Assembly (NCBI GenBank): GCA_964441025.1
Contig: CAYTXG010000003.1
Location: 63,527-127,526 of the forward strand
Source: an uncultured Syntrophomonadaceae bacterium
Lineage (GTDB): Bacteria > Bacillota > Dethiobacteria > DTU022
DNA: 64,000 nucleotides
Reading direction: 5' to 3'
The position numbers and the translations under genes were made by a program. The notes under the pieces were generated by a model that was not told where the DNA came from, did no database searches, and was given only the letters and a program-made list of their open reading frames with translations. Shown here piece by piece: positions 19,140 to 28,515 of the stretch (position 1 is its first letter; every line of letters starts with the position of its first letter).

Positions 19140-20081
19140 TTAGAGGTATACCTTCCCGGTAGCGGTGATCTCCACCAGGCTGTGGGTAAATGAGGCGCCG
19201 GTCAGTTCGCCGCCGGATATCTCCAGGAAAATTTCGGTTATGTCGGGCCCCCCCAGGCCAAAGGAGCCGCCGGATTCCAATTTCAGATTGACTATCCCCT
19301 CCTGCAAGGCCTGCCGCTGCGCCAGTTCACCCGAAAAAAACAGGGCCGCCCCGAGGGCGATGCTACCTGTGCCGCAGGCGGGTTCATAGTAGTCCTGCGG
19401 TATGCAGTGGGGGAAGAAAACCCGCAGGTCACCCGATCTTTCAGGATTCCAGTCATACAGCGTAAAGTAATAATCCCGTGCGCCTGTTTTTTTATGAAAT
19501 TCATTCTGGATTTCGCTGAGCAGTTCTTTTGTGAAAGCATCCCAGTTTGCAAAATCTACGCCCGGATGGGCTGCCCTGATCCTGTCGGCATTGGCTACCA
19601 GAACCACCCCGACCTGGTATATTTCTACACCACGCAGCTTCCAGGATTGGACGCCTTTCTCCCGGCATTCGCTGAGAAAAGCACGCATATCGGTAACGGT
19701 GCGCAGAACCCTGTTCCCCAGGGTGTGGATTTCCAGACCGGTTAAACCGGCATCCGTTTCCACGTCTATCCCGGTGAGAGGATCTCCGATCTTGATCCCG
19801 AAATGATCCCCCACATCTGTCTCTACCAGGGCTTTGCCCAGAACCTGGGTCATCCCCCCGCAGGCGCTGATAAAGGAGGGCAGCGTCGGCTCGCTGATCT
19901 TCACCTTCAGCGCGGCTTCACCGGCTGAAGGGTAGAGAATGCCGCCCTCATGACACCAGAGATGATTGGGGCCCAATGCCTTCACTGAAAGCTCGAGCTC
20001 CCTGCCGGGGGGCAGCTGCTCCCCATAAAGAAGAAGAATGGTATTCCCACCCATATGGCCTTTGACAAAATCTAGCTGCAC
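19140..20081 (-). CDS. DapF-like (diaminopimelate epimerase fold) protein, GTG start
   Basis: MQLDFVKGHMGGNTILLL resembles the DapF N-terminus. Two Cys motifs, SACGGM and EPACGTGSIA (compare DapF ACGTGA). GGGGAGG RBS. Confidence 0.45.
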   Translation of the reverse strand: MQLDFVKGHMGGNTILLLYGEQLPPGRELELSVKALGPNHLWCHEGGILYPSAGEAALKVKISEPTLPSFISACGGMTQVLGKALVETDVGDHFGIKIGDPLTGIDVETDAGLTGLEIHTLGNRVLRTVTDMRAFLSECREKGVQSWKLRGVEIYQVGVVLVANADRIRAAHPGVDFANWDAFTKELLSEIQNEFHKKTGARDYYFTLYDWNPERSGDLRVFFPHCIPQDYYEPACGTGSIALGAALFFSGELAQRQALQEGIVNLKLESGGSFGLGGPDITEIFLEISGGELTGASFTHSLVEITATGKVYL

Positions 20082-20229
20082 AATTACGCCTCCCCTCTAT
20101 TTCCCCTATTGGCAAGGTCCCGACTATTTTAAGCGCTTTTTAACCCTGGACTTAAACCGTTGTATCCCGGGGCTGCAAGCAGCCTGCGGGTTTCGGGGTT
20201 ACCTGCGAAGATCCAGGCGGGCGGGCAGG

Positions 20230-21015
20230 CTATCCTGGGCGCAGCAAAGGAGCATGTTGTGGAGCGCACCGGCCGGCAAGATACCGCCCTGCCCCCCGGT
20301 CCACCATCACTGTAACCCGGGGATGGGCCTGCAGCAGCGAGGCGGGCACCGCGGTGGTAAGCGGCCCCCTGACGGTCTCCCAGATTGCCGCGGCCTTATT
20401 CCCGCCCGATGCCAGGAGCAGAATACAGCGCGCTTTCATGATCGTCCCCAGGCCCATGGTCAGCGCCATGCGAGGCACATCGGCGGTTTTCTCAAAAAAG
20501 CGGCTGTTGGCGGTAATGGTCTCCCCTGATAGATCGGCCAGGTGGGTTTTCGCCTGCAGCCTTTCACCGGGCTCGTTAAAACCGATATGGCCGTTAACGC
20601 CGATACCCAAAACCTGCAAATCGATCCCGCCGGCCCGCCTGATTCTCTGTTCGTAACGGAGGCATTCCTCCGCCGCATCATCGGGATCCCCTTTCAAAAT
20701 ATGTGCCCTGGCGGCACTTATCCCCGCGGGCTCCCAGAAGTGACGCTGCATGAATTGGTAGTAACTCTGCGGGTTCTCCCTGGTAATCGGATAATACTCA
20801 TCCAGGTTGAAGGTAGTAACCCTGCCGAAATTTACATGGCCATGTTGCACCATTTCGATTAGATCGCGGTAAAGACCCAGCGGAGTTGAGCCGGTGGCCA
20901 GCCCGAGAACTGCCGCCGGATTCGAGCAAACCGTTTTCGCCACAAGCATGGCTGCCTGCCTGCTCAATGATTCATAGTCGCGCAGGATGATCAATTTAAT
21001 GGGGATCACTTCCAT
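20230..21015 (-). CDS. nagB: Glucosamine-6-phosphate deaminase NagB
   Basis: LGLATGSTP...FNLDEY...GIGVNGHIGFNEPG motifs. Confidence 0.85.
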   Translation of the reverse strand: MEVIPIKLIILRDYESLSRQAAMLVAKTVCSNPAAVLGLATGSTPLGLYRDLIEMVQHGHVNFGRVTTFNLDEYYPITRENPQSYYQFMQRHFWEPAGISAARAHILKGDPDDAAEECLRYEQRIRRAGGIDLQVLGIGVNGHIGFNEPGERLQAKTHLADLSGETITANSRFFEKTADVPRMALTMGLGTIMKARCILLLASGGNKAAAIWETVRGPLTTAVPASLLQAHPRVTVMVDRGAGRYLAGRCAPQHAPLLRPG

Positions 21016-21130
21016 CCATCCGGTATTGGCAATGCAACCCCGGCACCTGTGGGGTTTTTTAGATCCATCTATCCCCTTTTCAAAGGGACACCTGGATGCT
21101 GGAAACAGGGGCCGCAGAGCTCTTGCCCCT

Positions 21131-21166
21131 GATTTTCCAACCTCCGACTTCCAACCTCTAACCTCT
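21131..21166. repeat. GGAGG-rich 35-nt repeat (copy B, reverse orientation) overlapping the stop of the 21158..22033 gene
   Basis: Minus-strand reading AGAGGTTAGAGGTTGGAAGTCGGAGGTTGGAAAATC, 29/35 identical to copy A. Confidence 0.5.
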
Positions 21167-22033
21167 GATCAGCGGCCTGGTCAGGCAGGTGGGCCCACCG
21201 CCGCCTTTCAGCGAGATTTCTTCGCCGGGATAAGTATAAACCTCGGCCCCTGCCTTTTCCAACGCTTTCCTGGTGCGCGGATTGCCTTCAATCATGATGC
21301 ACTTGCGGGGCTCGAAAGCCAAAACATTGCAGGCAAAGCTTTCGTACTCTTCAGGCGGCACCTCGATGAGCCTGATCCCCCTTTCCAGCAGATTGCTGCG
21401 GAAGGGCACAATCATCAGGGGTGAAAACACCACCGCCAGATCAGAATCTATGGGACTGATGATACTCATAAGATGCAGGCATTCCTCGGGGCCGTTCCCG
21501 TGCGGCAGGGGCACTTCGATAATTTCATCCACCAGCCCTTTGGTCAGCTCCCGGAACTGGCGCACACCTTCGCGGTTGGTCCGGTAACTGAGACCTACAG
21601 CCAGGGTTTTCTCATCGAGCCAGAGAAAATCGCCGCCCTCCGCTGTCCCGGGGGCAGTAATGGAACCGAGAATGGGAGCGCCTTTTTCTTTAAGAAACCC
21701 GCCGATGACCTCCGCTTCAACGCGGCGCTGTTCCTTGCCCATATTCAAAAGGACAGCGCCCCCTCTGGTAATCACCACCGGATCGCGGGGATAGAGTGAA
21801 TCGGGCGAGACCCTTTCGCTCCCGGGCAGTTCAATGACAGTATCAACATGTTCTTTCAGCAGCCCCACGAAAGATTCATATTCCGCTTCTGCTTTTTTAA
21901 AATCGGGGCGGGCCGGATAGTAAAGTTTGCGCCACCAGGAATCGATATGCTCCTGGCCCAACCAGGCGCTGCGCACAGGCTTCACCAGCACGCTTTCGAT
22001 TTTAGCAATCTCCGATTGACCGTCAAGTTTCAA
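21158..22033 (-). CDS. Amidinotransferase-superfamily protein (DDAH / arginine-deiminase-like), TTG start
   Basis: 291 aa. GGDFLWL and a C-terminal GGGGPTCLTRPL putative catalytic Cys. GGGGGAGAG RBS. Confidence 0.6.
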   Translation of the reverse strand: MKLDGQSEIAKIESVLVKPVRSAWLGQEHIDSWWRKLYYPARPDFKKAEAEYESFVGLLKEHVDTVIELPGSERVSPDSLYPRDPVVITRGGAVLLNMGKEQRRVEAEVIGGFLKEKGAPILGSITAPGTAEGGDFLWLDEKTLAVGLSYRTNREGVRQFRELTKGLVDEIIEVPLPHGNGPEECLHLMSIISPIDSDLAVVFSPLMIVPFRSNLLERGIRLIEVPPEEYESFACNVLAFEPRKCIMIEGNPRTRKALEKAGAEVYTYPGEEISLKGGGGPTCLTRPLIRG

Positions 22034-22326
22034 GAACGACTCTCCCCCATTCTTTTAATCTGCTTCAGCCGTGGTAACCGGGCGAAAGGGTCCCTTTCAC
22101 CTCGCCCGTTAACATAGACTCACCATCCCTTTACACCGGCCTAAAGAGCTGTCATGATATTTCACCCTCCGGTGTTTCCAAAACATCAAATGCAACCTGA
22201 TCTGCTTTTAGTTTAGCATTTTTGCCCTCCTTTTAACACCCTGTCAGATATTTTTATCCACAGACCCGGGTCAGCTTACATATTTTCCTGATATAGATAG
22301 AGAATAAAAAGCGGGAAGGTGAGATC

Positions 22327-23940
22327 TTGCTTAACTGGATTATAGAGAAGTTCAGTCGAGGCAGAAGAGTCTTGACGCGTGATGCCGAAAAGGATCTCAG
22401 CGAGCTCATGTCAGAATCGGCGCAGAAAAAACTGGGCGGAAATCTCGAAGCCAACCTGAAAGCAATAAATGAGGCCGGCGGCTCAAGCTTTGATCTCATC
22501 ACCCGCCGCTTCAGGGCCGGAGGGCTGCCAGCGGCGCTGATCTACCTGGAAGGGCTCATCGACAGAAGATCGGCGGAAGAAGTTGTCCGCAACCTGATTA
22601 TCGAGGCAGAAAAACTGAAGGTCGCCCTGAAAAAAGGGCAGGGGCTGAAAATTGCCCGGGAGCAGCTGCTTACATCCGATCAGGTAAACCCGGCGAAAAA
22701 TATCGCCGACCTTTTCTCCGGTATGGCTCGCGGCGCCGCCGCCGTCATGCTGGAGGGCAATGCCGGGGCCCTGCTCTGCGACACCAGGGAGCCTCAAACC
22801 AGGCCCGTCAGCGAACCGGCAAATGAGTCCGCCCTGCGCGGGCCGCGAGACGGCTTCATCGAAGGCCTGCGGACGAACAGCTCCCTCATCCGGCTGCGCC
22901 TGCCCATCCCCCAGCTCTGGATGGAGTCCATGACCCTGGGCCGGCTCAGCCAAACAGAGGTTGCCCTGGTTTATATCAAGGGGCTGGCCAAAGAGAAACT
23001 GGTCCGCGAAGCGCGATCCAGGCTGCAGCAGATCGATATAGACGCCGTCCTCGGCACAGGCTATATCGAGGATTTTATCAAAGACAATCCCTATACCCTG
23101 TTCCCCCTGGCCTACAATACCGAGAGGCCGGATAAGGTCATCACTTCACTGCTGGAGGGCCGGGTGGCAATCCTGGTGGATGGGACCCCCTTCGCCCTCA
23201 TCGTCCCCACCGAGCTGAACATGCTCATGCAGGCCCCTGATGATTACTTTGAGCTGCAACCCATAGCCGTGTTCATCCGGCTGCTGCGCTATGCCGCCCT
23301 GGTTGTTTCTCTAAATTTGCCCGGTATTTACGTTGCGGTGGTCACATTTCATCCCGAACTGCTGCCCACGGATCTCTTTATGCGCATCAGCAGCTCCCGC
23401 GAGGGGGTCCCCTTCCCGGTGATTGCCGAGATGCTGCTCCTGGAGGTCATTTTTGAAATGCTCCGTGAGGCGGGGCTCCGCCTGCCGCCTGCCATCGGCC
23501 CGGCCATCAGCATCGTCGGAGCGCTGATTCTGGGGCAAGCCGCCATCCAGGCCGGCCTGGTCTCGCCGGGCGTGGTCATCATCGTGGCGCTGACCGCCAT
23601 CACCGGTTTCACCATCCCCGCGTTTTCTCTGGGGGCCTCCTTTCGGCTGCTCCGCTTCATCTTCACCATCTCCGGAGCTACCTTTGGACTCTTCGGGCTG
23701 CAGTTCATTTTGCTGCTCACCGTGATCCATCTCTGCAGCCTGCGCTCCTTCGGCATGCCTATCCTCAGTCCCTTTGCCCCCCTGGTTGTATCCGATCTCA
23801 AGGACTCCATCTTCACCGCCTGGTGGTGGGGCATGCAGGCCCGGCCCAGGCTTACCGGCGGACGCGAACCGCTGCGCCAGCCGGCGGGGCAAAAACCGCA
23901 GCCCGGACAGGATCCCGAAGAGCCTCCGGGAGAAAACTAA
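22327..23940 (+). CDS. Spore germination receptor subunit A (GerA family)
   Basis: 537 aa. NPYTLFPLAYNTERPDKV...VDGTPFALIVPT... and a C-terminal multi-TM domain. TTG start with GGAAGGTGA RBS. Confidence 0.85.
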   Translation: MLNWIIEKFSRGRRVLTRDAEKDLSELMSESAQKKLGGNLEANLKAINEAGGSSFDLITRRFRAGGLPAALIYLEGLIDRRSAEEVVRNLIIEAEKLKVALKKGQGLKIAREQLLTSDQVNPAKNIADLFSGMARGAAAVMLEGNAGALLCDTREPQTRPVSEPANESALRGPRDGFIEGLRTNSSLIRLRLPIPQLWMESMTLGRLSQTEVALVYIKGLAKEKLVREARSRLQQIDIDAVLGTGYIEDFIKDNPYTLFPLAYNTERPDKVITSLLEGRVAILVDGTPFALIVPTELNMLMQAPDDYFELQPIAVFIRLLRYAALVVSLNLPGIYVAVVTFHPELLPTDLFMRISSSREGVPFPVIAEMLLLEVIFEMLREAGLRLPPAIGPAISIVGALILGQAAIQAGLVSPGVVIIVALTAITGFTIPAFSLGASFRLLRFIFTISGATFGLFGLQFILLLTVIHLCSLRSFGMPILSPFAPLVVSDLKDSIFTAWWWGMQARPRLTGGREPLRQPAGQKPQPGQDPEEPPGEN

Positions 23941-23942
23941 AA

Positions 23943-25055
23943 ATGCCCCGGGAAAAGATCGCCAACCGCCAGCTTTTTTTCATGCTCTTCATGGTCCGCT
24001 GCAATATCGCCCTGGCTTTTCTGCCGGTACTGACCACCGCCGACGCTTATCAGGATGCCTGGATCTCGGCAATCATACAATTCTTCCCGGCAGCCCTGCT
24101 GCTCATCTTCTTCGGCGGCCCCGGCACCCACTTTCCTGATCTGACCCTGGCCCAGTACAGCGAAAAGCTGCTGGGCCGCTGGCCGGGGAAAGCGCTGACC
24201 CTGGTCATCCTTTGGAGCTTTTTGCACATGGCGGCGATAGAGGTGCGCATCTACGCGGATATGCTCGTCACCGCCTTCCTTACAGAGACGCCGCTGATCT
24301 TTCTTGTTGCCGCCTTTGTCATCGTCTCGGCGGCGGCAGCCTACGCCGGCATCGAGGTCATCGGAAGGGCCGCCGATCTGCTCTTTCCAGCCTACCTATT
24401 GATGATCATCGCCAGCCTGCTTATGCCGCTCCCCCTGCTGCGAACCATGCTTTACAACCTTGAACCTGTATTGGCCCGCGGCGCCGGGCCGGTTTTAAGG
24501 GCGACAATCTCACCATCAATAATTGTGGTCCAGTTCCTGGTGCTAACCATGCTGACCCCTTCCACAAACGAACCGAAGCGAGCCCTGCGCAGTGCGCTGT
24601 GGGCCCTGGCCGGCTCCAGTGCTATCCTCGTCCCCATTACCATTATAACAACGGTCGTTCTGGGGCCGTACAAAGGTATGCGCACAGCCTTCCCCTTCTT
24701 TACCATGGTCAGGGCCATTGCACTCAGCGAATTCATTGAACGGGTGGAGGCCCTGGCGGTCTTTGCCTGGGGTTTCGGCCTTTTTATCGAGGTGGCCATC
24801 TACCTCTTCTGCGGCGCGAAGGGCCTCTCGCAAGTGATGGGCCTTAAAAATTACCGCCCCCTGATCCTGCCCATGGCTGTAATCTGGAGCACCATGGGCA
24901 TACATGTGGATGAAAACATTTTTCAGCTTTTTGATTTTTTCAAGCCTTACTTTTTTGCACCCTATGCCCTGGCCTTTATCATCCCGCCTTTTACCCTGCT
25001 CTGGGGGGCCTATTTAATCCGCCGGCTTGTAGGGAAGCGATCCGGTGCGCATTAG
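23943..25055 (+). CDS. Spore germination receptor subunit B (GerAB-type, APC-like permease)
   Basis: MPREKIANRQLFFMLFMV... with 10 TM helices. The track start at 23823 overlaps the A subunit and is rejected. Confidence 0.8.
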   Translation: MPREKIANRQLFFMLFMVRCNIALAFLPVLTTADAYQDAWISAIIQFFPAALLLIFFGGPGTHFPDLTLAQYSEKLLGRWPGKALTLVILWSFLHMAAIEVRIYADMLVTAFLTETPLIFLVAAFVIVSAAAAYAGIEVIGRAADLLFPAYLLMIIASLLMPLPLLRTMLYNLEPVLARGAGPVLRATISPSIIVVQFLVLTMLTPSTNEPKRALRSALWALAGSSAILVPITIITTVVLGPYKGMRTAFPFFTMVRAIALSEFIERVEALAVFAWGFGLFIEVAIYLFCGAKGLSQVMGLKNYRPLILPMAVIWSTMGIHVDENIFQLFDFFKPYFFAPYALAFIIPPFTLLWGAYLIRRLVGKRSGAH

Positions 25056-26256
25056 GAAGCTGGCCCTTCTGCTGCTTGTCACCGCCCTGGCCGGCGGCCT
25101 CTGCACCGGCTGCTGGAACCGCCGCGAACCTGAGCTCCTGGGCATAGTGCTGGCTGTAGGTTTCGATTATAACCCCGAAGAAGGTCTTTATCGGGTAATC
25201 GCCGAGATAGCCAACCCGGCCGGCATAGGGCAGAGCAGCGGCGGAGAATCCGGGGTCGGCAGTAGCGGGGAAAAGGCATTCTGGACCGCGGAGGCGGCAG
25301 GACACACCCCCTTTGAAGCAGTCCGCAATATAGACAGCATTTCCAGCCGTCAGCTTTTCTGGGCCCACTGTCGGGTGGTCCTTTTCTCGGAAAGGCTGGC
25401 CCGGAGGGGGTTAAAGGATGTTCTGGATCTACTCGAACGGGGCCGGCAGTTCCGCCTCATCGCCAAGCCGGCAATAGTCGATGGGGATCTGCGCAAAGTT
25501 ATGGATGCCGACTTCCCGCTGGAGGAAACCGGAGCCAAGGGGTTGGATAGCTTTATCGTCACAAACCGTTTTGAGAAATCGGTTTTTCCGGAAAAAGATT
25601 TAAATGAATTGATCTCCACCCTGAGCCAACAGGGCCAGGAGATGATCGTCGGAAAGCTGTATGTACCCGGGGGAGAAAAGGATAACAGTGGAGACAGTGG
25701 AGAAACCAGCGCCCCGCCGCCGGCCCGGGTAGGCGGCAGCGCACTTTTCCGCGGTGATCGGATGGTCGGATGGGCCACTGACAATGAAACCCTGGGGTGG
25801 GCCTATGCCACCAGCCGCGCTTTCCGCTCTATCCTGATCATCGAGTCGCCCGAAAAGAAGGGCAGCTATATCAGCGTTGGGGCTTTCGGACACAAAGCTC
25901 AGATGCGCTTGCAGGGCGATGCAAATGACTGGCACATCGAGCTGAAGGTAAAAATTCACGCCCGCATCCAGGATTATGAAGGACCGGGCAAGTTGGACTC
26001 CGACAATGAACTGATCCGCGCACTGGAGCGGCGCGCTGCCACAGCAGCGCGCAACCACATCGAGGCCCTGCTCAGCCACTCCCAGGAGCTTAAATCAGAC
26101 GTGATCGGTTTCGGCAACCTGATCTACCGCAAAAACCCAAAGCTGTGGCAGCAGATTGAAAGCAGGTGGGATGAGGAGATCTACCCGCAGCTAAAGATTG
26201 ACCTTTTTGTTGAATTCGATATTTTACGCTCGGGGCTGACCAACAGCCCCCTGTAG
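25045..26256 (+). CDS. Spore germination receptor subunit C (lipoprotein)
   Basis: Lipobox LAGGLC after a signal peptide. GerAC-like body. GTG start overlapping the end of the B subunit. Confidence 0.8.
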   Translation: MRIRKLALLLLVTALAGGLCTGCWNRREPELLGIVLAVGFDYNPEEGLYRVIAEIANPAGIGQSSGGESGVGSSGEKAFWTAEAAGHTPFEAVRNIDSISSRQLFWAHCRVVLFSERLARRGLKDVLDLLERGRQFRLIAKPAIVDGDLRKVMDADFPLEETGAKGLDSFIVTNRFEKSVFPEKDLNELISTLSQQGQEMIVGKLYVPGGEKDNSGDSGETSAPPPARVGGSALFRGDRMVGWATDNETLGWAYATSRAFRSILIIESPEKKGSYISVGAFGHKAQMRLQGDANDWHIELKVKIHARIQDYEGPGKLDSDNELIRALERRAATAARNHIEALLSHSQELKSDVIGFGNLIYRKNPKLWQQIESRWDEEIYPQLKIDLFVEFDILRSGLTNSPL

Positions 26257-26271
26257 GAGGAATCTGGGAAT

Positions 26272-26493
26272 ATGTTTTGGGTAGCACTGGCCATGGTTCT
26301 GATGGCCTTGATCCAGGTACCCGCTATGGTCAACCAAAAGAAATGGCCGGAGCTGGCCGGCTACGCCGCCGTCTGGCTCGCCGCCACGGTCTATGCCCTG
26401 CTCATCGCCGCCGGGGTCCCAATTCCCAATCCTACAGAGCTGCTGCGTTCATTTTACAGCTGGTTCTACCCCCTCATCGGGGTCAATTACTAG
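26272..26493 (+). CDS. Small two-TM membrane protein, candidate germinant-receptor D subunit
   Basis: 73 aa. GGAGGAA RBS. Sits immediately after gerAC, as in the tetracistronic ger operons of some Bacilli. Confidence 0.4.
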   Translation: MFWVALAMVLMALIQVPAMVNQKKWPELAGYAAVWLAATVYALLIAAGVPIPNPTELLRSFYSWFYPLIGVNY

Positions 26494-26572
26494 CTCGTAA
26501 AGCCGCGGAGAGCAGCCGGTCCCGGATCCGTAAGCCCCCTTACGGGGCAGTTTCATTGCTCATAAGTCCCGA

Positions 26573-27220
26573 TCACCCTATGAATACCCTTAGCCCCGAC
26601 CAGAAAAAGAAAAGAGAAAAAGCGGCAAGAAAGAGTCCCAGGCCAAAAACAATCCACCTGTAGATCCTGTCTGTAAGCCACCTTTTTCCTGAAAGTAACG
26701 CAGCCGCCAGAAGAGACAGCCAGAGAAAGTCAGCAAAGATATGCCCGCTGAAAAAGAGCAAAACGCCGGGGTAACCGTGGTTCCGGGAAAGGGCAACATA
26801 GCCTGCTCCGATAGTAGCCCACCAGAGAAACCAGTAGGGGTTGGAGGTGGTGGCGATCATGCCGTCCCAAAAAGGCGAACGGCGGCCCGTCCCCCCATCC
26901 CCGGAGGGGTTTTCCAGTAACAGTTTCCCCGAGAGCGCGCTTCTGATCATGCCCCACCCCATCCAGGCCAGCACCAGCCCTCCGGCCAGCCCAATAATAC
27001 CGGTTACATAAGGCAGGGCCAGGTAATCACCCGCCCCCACAAGCAGCAAAATAACCATGAGCACCTCGAGCAAGCCGTGACCCAGGGTGGCCTGGGGGAT
27101 GGCCCGGTAACCCCGGGCAAGTGAGTGTTCTACTGCAACCGCGGTCAGGGGCCCAGGCATCAGCGCCCCTGACAGGCCGACAAGCAAGGCCGTGGTAAAT
27201 ATTAATGTAAGTTCAAACAC
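26573..27220 (-). CDS. LysE/RhtB-family amino-acid exporter
   Basis: 215 aa, six TM segments. LSGALMPGPLTAV motif typical of LysE translocators. Confidence 0.75.
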   Translation of the reverse strand: MFELTLIFTTALLVGLSGALMPGPLTAVAVEHSLARGYRAIPQATLGHGLLEVLMVILLLVGAGDYLALPYVTGIIGLAGGLVLAWMGWGMIRSALSGKLLLENPSGDGGTGRRSPFWDGMIATTSNPYWFLWWATIGAGYVALSRNHGYPGVLLFFSGHIFADFLWLSLLAAALLSGKRWLTDRIYRWIVFGLGLFLAAFSLFFFWSGLRVFIG

Positions 27221-27481
27221 AGCTGTTTCTGCTGCTCCTTCCGCATTGGATTACATCCTAATTATAATTCAGCGCCCGCAGGGGTTTCCCTTCTCCTGCG
27301 CTAACCCCGGATAATTTGCGACGCCAGACACCCCGGCATTTTTTTCACGCCGCTGTATATATTGAAGGCCTGGCCCCTCCGGAAAGGAGCGCAGTGGCGG
27401 GCCATGCCGCCTGCGGATCCGTCACAAAACAGCCTCCAAAGGACCGTAGCTGAGCCGGGGCCGCGGACCGGCAACCGGGTA

Positions 27482-27510
27482 TTGAACAGCGGCGCCTCCT
27501 GTGATAAGAT
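27482..27510 (+). promoter_or_regulatory. Sigma-A promoter (TTGAAC-17-TAAGAT) driving the TPP riboswitch
   Basis: Seen 15 nt upstream of the aptamer. Confidence 0.45.
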
Positions 27511-27521
27511 CTAAGAAATTG

Positions 27522-27622
27522 AAGATGGTGCCAAGGGGGGGCCGGGCGTACCCGGCTGAGATAGAACTGAGCTGTTCTGACCCTTCGAACCTGACCTGGG
27601 TAATGCCAGCGTAGGGAACATA
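27522..27622 (+). promoter_or_regulatory. TPP (thi-box) riboswitch
   Basis: GGGGGGCCGGGCGUACCCGGCUGAGA...GACCCUUCGAACCUGACCUGGGUAAUGCCAGCGUAGGGAA matches the THI element consensus, including CUGAGA and AAUGCCAGCGUAGGGAA. Confidence 0.9.
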
Positions 27623-27639
27623 CTTGCCGCCTTGATCAT

Positions 27640-27679
27640 AAAGGCTGCAGCTGCCGTTGGCTGCAGCCTTTGTCTTTGC
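27640..27679 (+). terminator. Riboswitch expression platform: intrinsic terminator
   Basis: AAAGGCUGCAGC-ugccguu-GGCUGCAGCCUUU followed by GUCUUUG, between the aptamer and the first transporter gene. Confidence 0.7.
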
Positions 27680-27723
27680 GGAAAACGAGCCGTTGTGATC
27701 ACCGCTGAAAGGGGGAAGCTGCC

Positions 27724-28513
27724 GTTGAAAAAATGGGGAAACAACAGAGAGCGCCTGCCGGCACTGCTGCTTTCTACAGCGCTGATCACTTTTTGGGAAC
27801 TGATCTGCCGGAAACTCAAACTTCCGGAATTCATCTTGCCCGCTCCATCACGCATCGTGCAGGCGCTCGTTGGAAATTTTCCCCTGTTGATGAGACATAC
27901 CTCCGTCACGCTCTATGCCGTTCTAGCCGGGCTGCTGCTGGCTGTAATCGTAGCCGTGGCCATGGCTGCAGCAATGGACCGCTGGAGACCGCTAAAAACA
28001 GCGCTGTACCCGCTGCTGGTTGTTTCGCAAGCCATCCCCATCTTTGCCCTGGCGCCGCTAGCCCTGATCTGGCTGGGCGTAGATCTGAAACCTAAAATTG
28101 CCGTGGTCGCCCTGGTCTGCTTCTTCCCCCTGGCGGTAAACATGGTTGAGGGGTTGGAACAGGTTGACCCCGCCGCTCTTGAACTGATGAAGGTGATGCA
28201 AGCCCGTCCCTTGTTTATCTTTAAGCAGGTCCGGCTGCCCTCGGTGCTGCCGCACTTCTTTGCAGGATTGAAAATATCGGCCACCTACAGCGTGATGGGT
28301 GCGATTATTGGAGAGTGGCTGGGCGGCAGCGCCGGCCTGGGTGTGTACATGACCCGGATGATGCATTCTTACAAAGCGGGCCACCTTTTTGCCGCCGTGA
28401 TCATCGCGGTGCTGCTCAGCCTTGCTCTTTTCAACATCAGCGAACTGCTGGCCTGGATCGTCATGCCCTGGAGCAGGAAAGAGCACAACAAAAATTATAT
28501 CGGGAGTGAGTAG
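27724..28513 (+). CDS. ABC transporter permease (thiamine-precursor ThiX/ThiY/ThiZ-type)
   Basis: TTG start with AAAGGGGGAAG RBS. (M)KKWGNNRERLPALLLSTALITFWE... and an ABC permease EAA loop. The track start at 27632 overlaps the riboswitch. Confidence 0.8.
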
Positions 28514-28515
28514 GT

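Noticed and set aside
23823-23942. Long N-terminal extension of gerAB proposed by the track
   Set aside because: It overlaps the gerAA 3' end by ~120 nt. The canonical MPREKIANRQLFF start with an RBS at 23943 fits B-subunit N-termini.
26277-26663. 128-aa plus-strand ORF overlapping the gerD-like gene and the LysE 3' end
   Set aside because: Arg/Pro-rich shadow ORF. The out-of-frame small membrane ORF (26272..26493) has the RBS and hydrophobic profile.
27632-27723. Track start (TTG at 27632) for the thi permease
   Set aside because: It would place translation inside the TPP aptamer and attenuator. The TTG at 27724 has a proper RBS and a typical permease N-terminus.
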